A stretch of DNA of 64,000 nucleotides. Origin: Ranitomeya imitator. Its lineage: Eukaryota. Below the pieces are notes generated by a model. The model made no database searches, was not told the DNA's origin, and saw only the letters and a program-made list of their open reading frames with translations. The stretch spans positions 21,576,001 to 21,640,000 of the forward strand of contig NC_091291.1 of NCBI RefSeq assembly GCF_032444005.1. The letters run 5' to 3'. Position 1 is the first letter of the stretch. Every line of letters starts with the position of its first letter. Of the stretch, positions 43,877 through 56,931 are shown piece after piece. Both the position numbers and the translations under genes were made by a program.

Positions 43877-46800
43877 TTTGAAGATCTTCGTTTTCTACAA
43901 ACCAGTTTGTTCCCTCGTTGCTTCTCAGAACTAATTTGTTTTTCATAAAATCTATCTAATTTTATTTAATAAAACCAGTACAATGTCAAAAAAGGATTAT
44001 TATCATAGGGGGACTTAAAAATCTTATACGTCGTAAACTATGTCAGAATTTAAGGTCGAAAATAATTTTTATTATTATTATTATATATACAAGGCTTAAT
44101 AAAATGGGAGTAAAGGATGAGTATAAAATGATGAATCTATATGCGCATCCCCCCACCTGATAAGGAGATGCTGAGAAGCATATCTTTTGATATCATAATT
44201 TAGGGCCTTTTTTGGTACTAAACTAACCGTCGTGGAGATCTCTACACCGCTTAGTTTAGCACCAAAAAAGGCCCTATAGTTCACACCGTATAAGCTTATG
44301 AAAATAATCCTTTTTTGACATTGTAGTGGGTTTATTGCTTTTTAGCCCCACTGTTTCACTTTTTATCCCATCTTTATATAAAATATTTGTTTTTAATGTC
44401 TTTTACTTGTTTATCCAAACCATATGTATATATTTTAAGTTTAAGATATTAATAAAGTGTCAGTTTTTATTCTTAGCAGTGCTACCGGCCGGATCAAGCC
44501 GGGAATTTACGCAGAGCCTGTCCTATCAGCAGCTGCTTTTAGATCAATCCCCTTCGGACTAGCAAGCGCCAGTGTGTCTCATTTTTGTCTTTAATCTAGG
44601 TTATTTATTAAGAATTTGGGGTGACATATCTGTGTGATTTTAGGGCATGAAATTTCAAAGTTGGAAAATTGCGGAATTTTCAAAATTTTCGCCAAATTTC
44701 CATTTTTTCACAAATAAACGCAAGTAATATCAAGGAAATTTTACCACTATCATGAAGTACAGTATGTCACGAAAAGACAAATGCAGAGTAACGAAGATTA
44801 TTGCCCCTGCTAAGTTGTCACGTAAGATTATCTATACCAGGATTGCGCCAGTCACACAACTGCTAGACAAATATTAGGTATTTTAGGTGGAAAATAGCAG
44901 AGAGCTGCAGCATGCACTTTCAATGATCAGAACACCCAGGTGCCTGCCTTTCACCCAACCTCCTGCTCTCCCTCCTATTAAATCTCTCACTACTAAATCC
45001 CCACCTAGCAAACAAAAACAGTCTTCAGCTCTTAAAAGAGCTTTTTTGAAATAAATGACGCTCATTATAGCTTTTTATCACTGTCCCTACGCTCCTTTCA
45101 CTCTCCCTACGCTCAAACTACACTCTCCCTACGCTGTTTCCGGCTGCATTGTGCCCAAGATGTCGCCGGCATCCTTTAAATATCCCCTATGATGCTGGAA
45201 GGCCGGCCAATCACAGTAATGCCACACCAAAGATGGCGCTGCCATTACTGTTATTAGCAAGCCAGCCCAGCATGTTCATTGGCTGCAAATAAAGCACCAA
45301 ACATGCTGGGCAGGTCACTCGAATATACCGAGGTGAATACCTAATTACTCACCGAGTAACAAATAGACCAAATATCGTACTATTCGTGCGAGTAGTGCCG
45401 GATGTATTCGCTCAGCACTACTTATGAGAAGATTCATGCTGCTATCTTAACTACAGACAGCAAAAAACAGGATCAGGCTCCTCTTTTTACAAATATTTAT
45501 GCATTATGATGAAAATCTGGGAACTAGGAATGGGAAAATTTTCATCTGGGTAGGTCCCAAGTAGGGAGAGATCTACTAATAACGCTATAGATGGCAGAGG
45601 ACCATGCATGGCTTATAAGTCTCCTCACGCTTGGTTTTTCACTCTCTATATGGAGAAACATTACCCTGTAGATCCGTGGGTTATGTAGAAGAATTCCAAA
45701 ATTGTGACCACATTAAGTGACACAGGTCAGATTTGTAAAATTAAGCTTTGTCGCTGAGGGTTTTTACACAGTTCATTGTGTTACTTGTCCATAATGTTAT
45801 ATAGTATGTGCGTGAAGGACCGTCATAACCTTTCTGGACCCACAGATGGAGCCAGATGACTTGAGCCTGAAGTAAATGCTTTGTATTCATCTGACTCACC
45901 GAACAGACCTCAGGGGAAATTAGCCGATACATGCCACTTACAGGAAGATTATATTAAAACAATTTCCTTTTAAATATGCAAGAAATGGTCATCGGCTGAA
46001 GTTTTAGGTGTTTACTTACTCAATGTGATATTACTTAAGTCAGTGAGAGATATGTTTTTTCTTCTCTCCTGAAAAGTCTCTTTTACCAAACAATTCCCCA
46101 AGAAATATCTTTGTTTTTTCACATTTCTCTACATGTATGAATAAATTGACAACCAGGTGTTACCATCTCAAAGGGGTGTGGCATTGAAACTATCAACACT
46201 GATTGGATAGTGTCAGACTGTGCAGAGACACCACCACCGTTGGTAACACCCAGTTGTCAGTTTATTCAGAAATTGTCTAAGAGTAGAAATAACAAACTAA
46301 TGACATAACAGACTTTTCAGAAAGTTGTCTGGTTCGGAAAAACAGCCAGAAATGACACAATATGCTGTTTTTCTCAATAGTAATTAATCTTGCTATGACT
46401 TGGAGTTTCGAGACACAAAGAGAGTTTGAGAGAGAACGATTTTTTCAAGATAAAAAGTTTGGGTCTCTATTGTTTTCAATGGGGTTCAGGCACTTTTTCA
46501 AGTTCGGGTACAGTTCTGGTATTCGAACCGAACTTTAAACTAAAGTTTGGATTGGAACCGGAATCCAAATTTCCACAAGTCTGTCTCTTCCCTAGTTATT
46601 ATGTCAGATTTTACAATCCAAAAAAAAAATACAAAACAGAATCATTTTGTCCTCCAGAAATGAAGTGATAAAAAATCCATTAAATGTACCCAAAAAAACT
46701 TATGTCAAATACATCATTTTCCGGATCCGGCACCTTCCGGCTCTCATAGGCTTCCATTCTAGCAAACAGCCGGAAGCGCCAGATCCGGCGCTTACGGCTT

Positions 46801-48299
46801 TTGCGCCGGGGACAAAAAACATTGCTATGGACGTTTTTTCCTGAAACCGGAAATGGCAGATTTGCTGGATCCGGCGAAAAACGGATGAAACGCAATGTCA
46901 TCCGGCACTAATGCAAGTCTATGGGAAAAAAACTGGATCCAGCGGAAACATTCGCCGGATCCGTTTTTTTTAATTTAGCCGGATTTAGCTTGACAGCAAA
47001 AACCTGATGTGTGAAAGTAGCCTTAGGGCACCATTCACTATCATGCAACAGTTACAGGATGGAATTAACATTCTTAAAAGAGCAAAGAACTAGATCCTAC
47101 ATAATCCAAGAATTCCAAAATTGCTTCTCAGACTTCTTCAGACATATAGAAAAATCATCTAAAGAATTTCTCAACCAAGAATATCAACATCTAACCTTAA
47201 ATTTTCAGCTATCTAAAGGTTCTAAATCAGCATAAAGTACCCTTTGTTTTCTCCATTGTGGTTCTTGCAAAATGGATTTACTTTATAGGGATCGCTTGTT
47301 TAAAAGGTCCTTGAAAGATCAATCAAATTGTTCGCTTTTGCTGAGTAACAAGATAATTAGATAATCTGCAAATAACGATCGCTTGGGGTTTAGTTTGTTA
47401 GTTAGAGTTGTCACTATGGGTGACCGGACAAGTGGAAATTCAGATCTGGCACCTGATCCAAACTTTAGTCAAAAATTCGTTTTGGGTACTAGAACTGTAC
47501 CTGAACTTGAACCAGAAACCAAACCCCGGACCTGAAGTTTGTAGCAGAAAAACTCTCTCTTACGGACTTTCCCCGAAACTCCAAAAATTCCGGGGAAAGT
47601 CCATGTACGTGTTTAGAGCCAGACACTAACTGTCCGGTGCGAACGCCAAATTTTTAAGTTCTGGTTTGCTCATCCCTAGGTGCCACTGCTGTTGTTCACA
47701 TCAATACTCTACTTTTGCTCGGGTTTATTAAAACAAGAAGTTTCTTTCTCCTTTTCTATGTTCCAACAGTAGAAAAAAGTCTTTGTGGACCACAAAGATG
47801 GTAAGAATATCTTGCTCTTAGTAGTCATGAAATGCCGTACTGCGGACACTTTCAAAAAAGGGTATAATACAATGGGGTTTTTTTATTGATCATGTTCCAA
47901 AACTAAATATAAATTCATTATTTTACTGGTAGGTTTTTTTTTAAAAACAAATATTTTTTCTTCACCAAATTATCTACTGTCCAGGTCATTTTGTCCAAGT
48001 TATTCTAGAGTTCCTGGAAAAAGAAGTCACTTAAGCAAGTGATTATGACGAGTAATTGTTGAGCATAAATCAGTGACTCCGTACTGTCACAGTAAAGGTC
48101 TGAACAAGTTCAGCAATAAGACTAGTTGTTGACCACGGCATGGTCCAAGGCCATTAAATACTCATGTGATATTACGGGAAGGCAGGGGTAAAGGGATCAT
48201 GTCTACAGGTGATCACACATGGTAAAAATTCTGGATTATCACATGTAAGTTGCCATCCTCATTGTGCGACAATGGAGTGGTGAAATAAACACTGGAAAC

Positions 48300-51200
48300 A
48301 ATGAGAGTGAAGGCAAAGCTACTGTAACGTTGAACTGTATTCTCTGAGTACAAGTCTAGTGGTATCACTTTTGAGAAAAGTGGATCTGGACAAGGGTAAA
48401 AAGGGACTGGTCTCTGTAAGAACTTATTGTATGAGAAAGAAGGTATGAATAGTTCAAAGCCTGTACCGTGGGGTCAGGAGCCTTCTGAAAATAAGTAGTG
48501 ATCGAGCAGATGGAGATACCCCATGACACTCCTGTGCATGCTAAAACATGTGAACAGCATAGCCCCACAAATCAACAGCAATGCAGGGTATGCTGTGGTA
48601 GTTAGTAGCTCTCCTAAGATCCATAGTGCTATCGCATCCTCCATCGTTGACTGCTTTTGCCCCAGCAGCCTCCATTCTTCCATCCATCTAGTGGAGTAAC
48701 TTGAAGTTCATAGGCCCCAATGTAAAATCTCCAATAGGGCCGCAAAGTAGTGCAAGTCTTGAAATGTAATACTCTTTTCATATGGGCTAAAGAGACCTTT
48801 TGGCTCCCTGGTCGACTGCAACCCCTGCACCTATTATAGTTACACATCTATCTCTACGTCCCACCACATCTTCTCCTTTCCCTTTAACAATATATTTGGC
48901 TATTTCACTTCATGGCCTCCAGCCTCTAAAAGGAGGACTAAGTGCATTCATCTTCCATGGATATTGTACTTGGCATCAGGAATAATAGTTTTTCTATACT
49001 CATATTAATCAGATGTCACGGGGGTATTGGGTAGACTAAAGCTGATTACCCGGGCCCCTGCGATATCCCTCAGACTAGGGAAAACCCTGTCTGTCCCTCT
49101 CCCAGAATTTACACTGATGGTGTGCTTGTCTGGGCCGTCAGACCTGACCCTGACTCCTGTTTCAGCCCTATGCTGAAACCTCCATCCGCCACCCAGTAAT
49201 AAGACCACACACCAACCTACACAGAAAGTACAGACAGGGAAAACTAAAAACGCACCACGCCGCAGACACACAGGAAAACACTATAATGTGCACAGGGCAA
49301 AAATAAACACAAATATAGGAGGAAGAAATATGACAAAGGATAATACACCACCAGATACAATAGTTCAACTCCTAGACCACCACTCCAGACCGAGATCACC
49401 AGGCACCAGACACAAGCCATAATCGGCGATGCCCAAAGTCCAGAATGACTATTTAAAGGCCACGGGCGTGACCCAGCCTCCAACCAGATTACCAGCCAGA
49501 TTAACCCTGGATAAAATCTAGCCGGCGCCACTGAGCGTATAGTGGACAAATGTGGAATTACCGCTGTCTGTCGGATGCCCTAGTGTGAACAGCGTCCGAC
49601 ACGACATCAGAAGTGTATTCTGCTACTGAATTTTTGGCTTTGACCTCGCCTGTTTATGACCATGTTGCATTATCGGCTCCATGCCCTGACTTATTCTCAT
49701 CTGTTTTATTTTATTAAACTCCAGCTGCCCTGATCTGGGCAATCTGACCATGTTTTTTATGCTGCCTTTATACTGTGAACATTTTACTATCGAAGTCTTC
49801 TGTTCGATTGCACAACAGCCAACAGAGACAACTATGGAAAGCAATATGTGAATTCCTGCAAGAACATCTGCATCTGGATATGAAGATTAAAGAGTAAAAA
49901 CATGTGATACACTAGGCTTCACTCTCAATTTAGCCCACGTTAAGTCCATAAAGAGTCTACTAAGTCTACTTCATTCCAAGTTGGTAAATGTGCCTACCAA
50001 GTGTGAGTGTAACCACCAAGCTTTGTGCCTCATCTAGAGATTGTAACCATTATACTTGTATGGAGAAGACCCCGATGAACCTAACAAGATCGATCTTCCT
50101 ACTGAACTTTCCTCCTTCAAGTCTCCATGACTCGAGACCGAGTTGAAGACTATTAAATAAGCAAATACTTCTACATCAGAAAGTGACTGTAACCGTAAAG
50201 CACTGCGCCTCTACGAGAGAAATACAATAAATATTTTTGTTTACATTAAAAAGTATCTGTAACATTTATACCTCTTTTTCTTGAGTCCTTACACTCCATC
50301 CATTGACCCAGTACTGTCAAATAGGTTGTCCTAAACCAGATAACGCCTTAAAATACCATCTTCCACTCTGTAAAGTTGAGCAGAACATCTCAGATGTTCC
50401 TCAGAAATACCAGTTCAGCACAGACGGAGAGTTCTGATTAATGTATGTCACATTGCAACATTACATACTGGAAATCATCCTAAGACAGACTATATCTGGA
50501 TGGATTTTTCTCATATGAGATATGAACAGATGAGCGATGTGGCAATACAGTCTTCCGTATGCAGAATAAAGAAATAATGTAAAGGAGAAGTTGTCGAAAA
50601 TGAGAATATTTTGGACTTCAAGACTAACAAACTGAAATATGTGTTGGAGAGAGAATGAAAACAGTTTGGGTTCGATGGAGAATTTTATCAGTAGATCTAA
50701 GAACAGGGTTGTAAAACCATCTGACCCCACTTAGTTGACCAAGTTTTAGTGTTTAGTGACAGTTTAAACAAATCTTTCATGAATCTTCTAGATTGCATTT
50801 ATAGAACAGGTTGATACTGTTAGTCTATAGAAAGTGGTGGAACTAGCAGCCACTTGATCTATGAGATCAACTATGGTGGCTTCAGAAAGTTTCCAGCCTA
50901 GATTCCTAGATAGAAGGGTTGTCCTATAAACAACATATGTTGCCTATCAACAAGATAGATAATACATGTTTGACTTCTGCCAACAAATAGGACCTCTGCG
51001 GTCATGACCATGGTGATCTCAAGGATTACTAAACAAATGTGTAGAAGATCTGAGCGTGCGTGATCCATTTATTAGGAATGGTGGTTGTAAATGCTAGCGG
51101 GGTGATAAACTTTGCTACAGATCTTTTTGCTAAGGTCTTCTTAACAATAACATTGGATGCTTGAACTTTATTAACCCAGTTCTAAAAGAATCACTGAGAA

Positions 51201-51400
51201 TTTTGCTCAGCGTCTTCCTGTGAGGTTAAAAGCTGCAGGAAAATGCAAGAATTCTAAACTTTTTATTTCCATAGTAAAAGTCGCGTTGACCCATTAACCT
51301 TATTTTCAATGTTGACTTTATAACATCAAAAACATTCTTCCAATGTAAAAAATAATCAAAGAAAATTCCTTCCATTTCTGTGCTGGGTTAGAGAACTCAT
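48300..51400 (-). pseudogene. Highly decayed LINE-1/Tx1-like ORF2 remnants, interrupted by a solo LTR
   Basis: GSDGFTT (GPDGF-like) near 50720; C-terminal CRGC...SLAHM...CTTLRPYW and PALLLI near 48500-48840. Confidence 0.45.
49014..49606 (-). mobile_element. Solo LTR
   Basis: TGTCACG...GACA termini; 5-bp TSD TCAGA. Confidence 0.85.
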
Positions 51401-51754
51401 ATGTGTGAATATTACAACATATTTGTATAAAAAGAGTTAAGCTGTATATATTATACACAGTGGTATGCGTTGGTGTAGTCTGAGTACCTAGTACCCAGCT
51501 ATTTTCTACACCCTAACCCATAATCAATCTCAATTTTTATTACATAATGCGTAACATTAAAAAAATAGGTGACTGCACCCACCCAGCTCACCAATCACCT
51601 GGAAGCCTTCCCAATGTAAAACAAATCCCCCAGCACTAGATCTGCTGAGCAAAACATGCCCGGGCTTCCATCACAGGGCCACCCACCTCTGTGATACATA
51701 CTGCCCATTAAGCACATGACAGGTCACTATGCCACTATATATATATCATTCATA

Positions 51755-54173
51755 CAGTACAGACCAAAAGTTTGGACACACCTTCTCATTTAAAGATTTT
51801 TCTGTATTTTCATGACTATGAAAATTGTACATTCACACTGAAGGCATCAAAGCTATGAATTAACACATGTGGAATTATATACTTAACAAAAAAGTGTGAA
51901 ACAACTGAAATTATGTCTTATATTCTAGGTTCTTCAAAGTAGCCACCTTTTGCTTTGATGACTGCTTTGCACACACTTGCTATTCTCTTGATGAGCTTCA
52001 AGAGGTAGTCACCGGGAATGGTCTTCCAACAATCTTGAAGGAGTTCCCAGAGATGCTTAGCACTTGTTGGCCCTTTTGCCTTCACTCTGCGTCCAGTTCA
52101 CCCCAAACCATCTCGATTGAGTTCAGGTCTGGTGACTGTGGAGGCCAGGTCATCTGGTGTAGCACCCCATCACTCTCCTTCTTGGTCAAATAGCCCTTAC
52201 ACAGCCTGGAGGAGTGTTTGGGGTCATTGTCCTGTTGAAAAATAAATGATGGTCCAACTAAACACAAACCGGATGGAATAGCATGCTGCTGCAAGATGCT
52301 GTGATAGACATGCTGGTTCAGTATGCCTTCAATTTTGAATAAATCCCCAACAGTGTCACCAGCAAAGCACCCCCCCCCCCCACACCATCACATCTCCTCC
52401 TCCATGCTTCACGGTGGGAACCAGGCATGTAGAGTCCATCCGTTCACCTTTTCTGCGCCGCACAAAGACACGGTGGTTGGAACCAAAGATCTCAAATTTG
52501 GACTCATCAGACCAAAGCACAGATTCCACTGGTCTAATGTCCATTCCTTGTGTTCTTTAGCCCAAACAAGTCTCTTCTGCTTGTTGCCTGTCCTTAGCAG
52601 TGGTTTCCTAGCAGCTATTTTACCATGAAGGCCTGCTACATAAAGTCTCCTCTTAACAGTTGTTGTAGAGATGTGTCTGCTGCTAGAACTCTGTGTGGCA
52701 TTGCCCTGGTCTCTAATCTGAGCTGCTGTTAACCTGCGATTTCTGAGGCTGGTGACTCGGATAAACTTATCCTCAGAAGCAGAGGTGACTCTGGTCTTCC
52801 CTTCCTGGGATGGTCCTCACGTGTTAGGGATAGCGGAATGCACCGAGTAAATATAGATGTTTATTATTGGTGCGTTCGCAGCCCGGGGTCCACCGTGCAG
52901 GAGGAACATGCTGCTAGTGAATGTTGGCACTATTTGGCGGTATAGGCTAGCTCTGTTACTTCACAGAGTTGCCGTGAAAGGAAAGCACTGCGCCCTGTTA
53001 GACTCACAGGAGCACAAGCTAACTGCCGAGCTGATAGCAGTCAGGGGTCATGCAAACACACAATCTCCTCACCGGAGGAGCCGGTATTCTAGAGGCTTAT
53101 TACAGCCAGATCCCTGAATACATTCACACATTACCACACTGGCGCAAAGCACATAACTTAGATTGATACTAGCGCATGGCCGTGCGGTCATGCAAACCTT
53201 TTATAGCTGCAGCAACTACAGGATCTTCCCAGAAGGACCATTGGGAGGCTGCCACAGAACTTGAGCAACTTCAGGACCTTCCTAGAGGACCAATGGGAAT
53301 TGCTGCAGTACCTGAGCATGTGACCCTTGATTTCCAATGAGAGATATCACCCTGGGCATGCTCAGAAGGGGAGAAGTAGGACTTAGTCCCAAAGATGTCT
53401 GCTCGCCCCTGACCAGTACTGGCTACAATTGCAGAAGCTGGAAAGGCAGCAGTAACCCTTTGCACAGTGTCAGACTGAGCAAGACGCTGGGACCGACGCC
53501 TCCACTGAGCAGGCTACACTGCGGCAGGAGAAGAATGGGAGACCACAGCGGAAATGGCTCAAGATTCCCCCTGTGCAGAGGTGGGAATTCGACCCCTAAC
53601 ATCATGTGAGCCAGTTTCTTTGCAGGGCTTGATGGTTTTTGCAACTGCACTTGGGGACACTTTCAAAGTTTTCCCAATTTTTCAGACTGACTGACCTTCA
53701 TTTCTTAAAGTAATGATGGCCACTCATTTTTCTTTACTTAGCTGCTTTTTTCTTGCCATAATGCAAATTCTAACAGTCTATTCAGTAGGACCATCAGCTG
53801 TGTATCCACCAGACTTCTGCACAACACAACTGATGGTCCCAACCCCATTTATAATGCAAGAAATCCCTCTTATTAAACCTGACAGGGCACACCTGTGAAG
53901 TGAAAACCATTCCCGGTGACTACCTCTTGAAGCTCATCAAGAGAATGCCAAGAGTGTGCAAAGCAGTCATCAAAGCAAAAGGTGGCTTCTTTGAAGAACC
54001 TAGAATATAAGATATATTTTCAGTTGTTTCACACTTTTTTGTTAAGTATATAATTCCACATGTGTTAATTCATAACTTTGATGCCTTCAGTGTGAATTTA
54101 CAATTTTCATAGTCATGAAAGTACAGAAAAATCTTTAAATGAGAAGGTGTGTCCAAACTTTTGGTCTGTACTG
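51755..54173 (-). mobile_element. Full-length Tc1 transposon (DD34E) with ~270-bp TIRs; transposase inactivated
   Basis: CAGTACAGACCAAAAGTTTGGACAC TIRs. Minus-strand MARKKQLSKEK* from 53759, WSDESKFEIF, VKHGGG..VMVWG, FQQDNDPKH and WPPQSPDLNSIE. Confidence 0.93.
52822..53601 (-). mobile_element. Solo LTR, family 1, inserted in the Tc1 transposase
   Basis: Reverse complement of family 1; TSD TCACG/TCATG. Confidence 0.88.
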
Positions 54174-54189
54174 TGTATATATATATATG

Positions 54190-55980
54190 CATATATTTAT
54201 TTTTGCACTGGCACTTTATTTAAGATATGAGCTACATCATTTATAGTCAATATACATATAGGCATCAAGGAGATGTTAGGAGTCGAGTTTCCTCTGCTGC
54301 ACAGGGGGAATCTCGATCCGTGTCTGCTGCGGTCTCCCATTCTGCCTCAGCCGTAGTGGGCTCTGCTCAGCGGAGGCGCCGCTCCCAGCGTCTCGCTGGG
54401 ACTGATTCTGTGCAAGGGGTTACTGCTGCCTTTTCTGGCTCTCCTGTTGTACCCTGCACTGATCTGCGGCGAGCGGGCTTCTATGGGACTAAGTCCTTAT
54501 TTGCACACACTGAGCATGCCCAGGGCAAGATCTCCCGTTGGAGATCGAGGGTCACATGCTCAGGTACTGCAGCACATCCCATTGGTCCTCTTGGCAGGTC
54601 CTGAAAGGGCAAAACTTCTGGAGCTGCTTCCTGTGCTGCAACTATATAAACTGCGCATGACCGCACGGCCATGCGCTAGTATTGTCTTGATATAATGTGT
54701 GTGTAGATGGATGTATGTCGATGGATGAAAGCTCCTAAGTATCCCTCCCTAGTGTTGTTGACTGCTCGCGGATGATGGTAGCTATCTAGCGCCCAACTAG
54801 CCATCTGCACGTAACACACATCACAGCGTCCAGTTGCTGTGTCCGCCAGTACGGCGCCGTGCGCTTCCTCTGCGCTTTCCTTACCCAAGCCTGGGTGGTT
54901 AGTGGCGTCCGTCAGTGCGGCACCGCATGCACTCTCGTGCCTTTATACACTATTTTATTAGTTTCCTTACACACCCAGTTGCGGTGTTGTGCCAGCAAGT
55001 GGTCTAATCGGACTTCAATCCTGAGTTGGGGTTGTGTTCGCTGACTTCTTGCTCGCGCTCTATGTGCGGTATCGCGGTCCTGTGACTCAACAGGATCGCT
55101 TCCTTCACGCAGGGTGAAGTTAACCCGTGCGTGTATACTTATAGTACCGCCATATAGTCCGTCTTACTAGCAGCAGGGTTTTTACCTGCACGGTGGACCT
55201 CGGACTGCGAACGCACCTAGTTTCATATCATCTATACTTGGTGCGTTCCGCCGGTCCTTAACAGGAGATATATAGATATATATTTTTGCACTGGCAATTT
55301 TTATAATATGAGCTACATCATTTATAGTCAATATAGATATAGGCATCAAGGAGATATATAGATATATATTTGCATTTATATCTATATATCTGTTTGATGC
55401 CAATATAAATATTGAGTATAAATGATGTAGCTCATATCTTAAACGAAGTGCCAGTGCAAAAATAATTTATGAGCCTACACAAAATTTAATACAGACAGCT
55501 GCAACACTTGCATGATTTACCCTACAAACAGACATATATAAATATATTTACCTGAAGAAAAAATGTCCGAGTAAATAGTGGCGATGTAATAGAGTCAAAA
55601 AATAACAGCACTTACATGAGATGAGTCTGTGTGTGGCGTCCCTGCCGCCCCAACGCACTTTTCGCTTCTTCATCAGGAGGCGTATATAATATAATATATT
55701 TATTTTTGCACAGGCATTTTATTTAAAATATGAGCTACATCATTTATAGTCAATATACATATAGGCATCAAGGAGCTATAGAATTATATATTTGCATATA
55801 TATTTATATCTCTTTGATGCCGATATGAATATTGAGTATAAATAATGTAGCTCATATCTTAAACAAAGTGCCAGTGCAAAAATAATTTATGAGCCTACAT
55901 AAAATTTAATAATGTGTTAGACAGCTGCAACATTTGCAGGAATTGCCCTACAAGCAGACATATATATATTGACCTGAAAA
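54190..55980. repeat. AT-rich palindromic unit in tandem (~420-bp spacing); first copy split by a solo LTR
   Basis: ~90-bp inverted arms TTTTTGCACTGGCA...GAGCTACATCATTTATA...GGCATCAA at ~55283-55472 and ~55703-55882. Confidence 0.75.
54274..55263 (+). mobile_element. Solo LTR, family 1
   Basis: TGTTAGG...TTAACA termini; 5-bp TSD GGAGA. Confidence 0.9.
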
Positions 55981-56456
55981 AAAAATGTTATTCATTGGGG
56001 TTGTGCATGTATTTGTGGATAACAATAATTTTTGCAATTATTGCAGTCAAGTAAAAATGATGCACCTTGTATAGGCTCTTTATTTCCCTGCACATTCTAC
56101 TCTGATGCGATCTTTGGTCATTATAAATAGAAAGAGATACTGTAGATTCATTTTCAAGCTAAATTATAAATGACTACTATATAATATTTCTTCTCTGTGG
56201 AAGTTACAGCAGTGAAGATTGGAACCATTTATCTCATCTTTACTGTTTTTTTTTAGTTTGACAAGTGAGACAAAAATGGATTACTATAAGCGTTTGCGTG
56301 TTACGTGATCTGATCACATGTTACATGACTTGATCATATGTTACATGACCTGATCACGTGTTAACATCTACCATAAATAAAATATAACTAATACATTTAC
56401 AATAAGATAAAGTATTCTGCAGAAAACAAATGAGAAGAGGACACTTTAGTCAAAAA

Positions 56457-56636
56457 AAAGAGGAAGTGGAAGGCGAGGAAATTACAAAATAGAAACATTA
56501 AGCAATGAGGGACAGAAAGATCATAGCAAGCAAAGCAAGAGGAAGACTCAGGAGACAGAAGAAGAAACACAGAACAGAAGTGCGGAGGAGCAGCGGTGGC
56601 TGCAGGCTAACCTTCTAATATTATATACTTTACACG
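56457..56636 (+). promoter_or_regulatory. Putative gene D promoter (PU.1/ETS site) and non-coding first exon
   Basis: AAAGAGGAAGTG at 56457-56468 matches the PU.1 consensus; ACG|gtgagt donor at 56636/7; ccatag acceptor at 56857 ahead of the leader ATG. Confidence 0.5.
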
Positions 56637-56693
56637 GTGAGTGCAGATTATTCTTTATATATATTATAGGAGAATACATAGAATAGATAGATA

Positions 56694-56830
56694 NNNNNNN
56701 NNNNNNNNNNNNNNNNNNNNNNNNNNNNNNNNNNNNNNNNNNNNNNNNNNNNNNNNNNNNNNNNNNNNNNNNNNNNNNNNNNNNNNNNNNNNNNNNNNNN
56801 NNNNNNNNNNNNNNNNNNNNNNNNNNNNNN
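56694..56830. other. Assembly gap (N run)
   Basis: Run of N. Confidence 1.
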
Positions 56831-56931
56831 AACTTTGAAATATGATTTGTTCCATAGAATCTACAATCCATCCAACATCTCAACCAAAAGATAATCTCAG
56901 TATCAAGAAGGAGCACACAAAGCCCCACATC

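Noticed and set aside
42757-43946. Long ORFs of 317-378 aa in the ORF track
   Set aside because: Artefacts of translating the N gap; the same applies to ORFs spanning 56694-56830.
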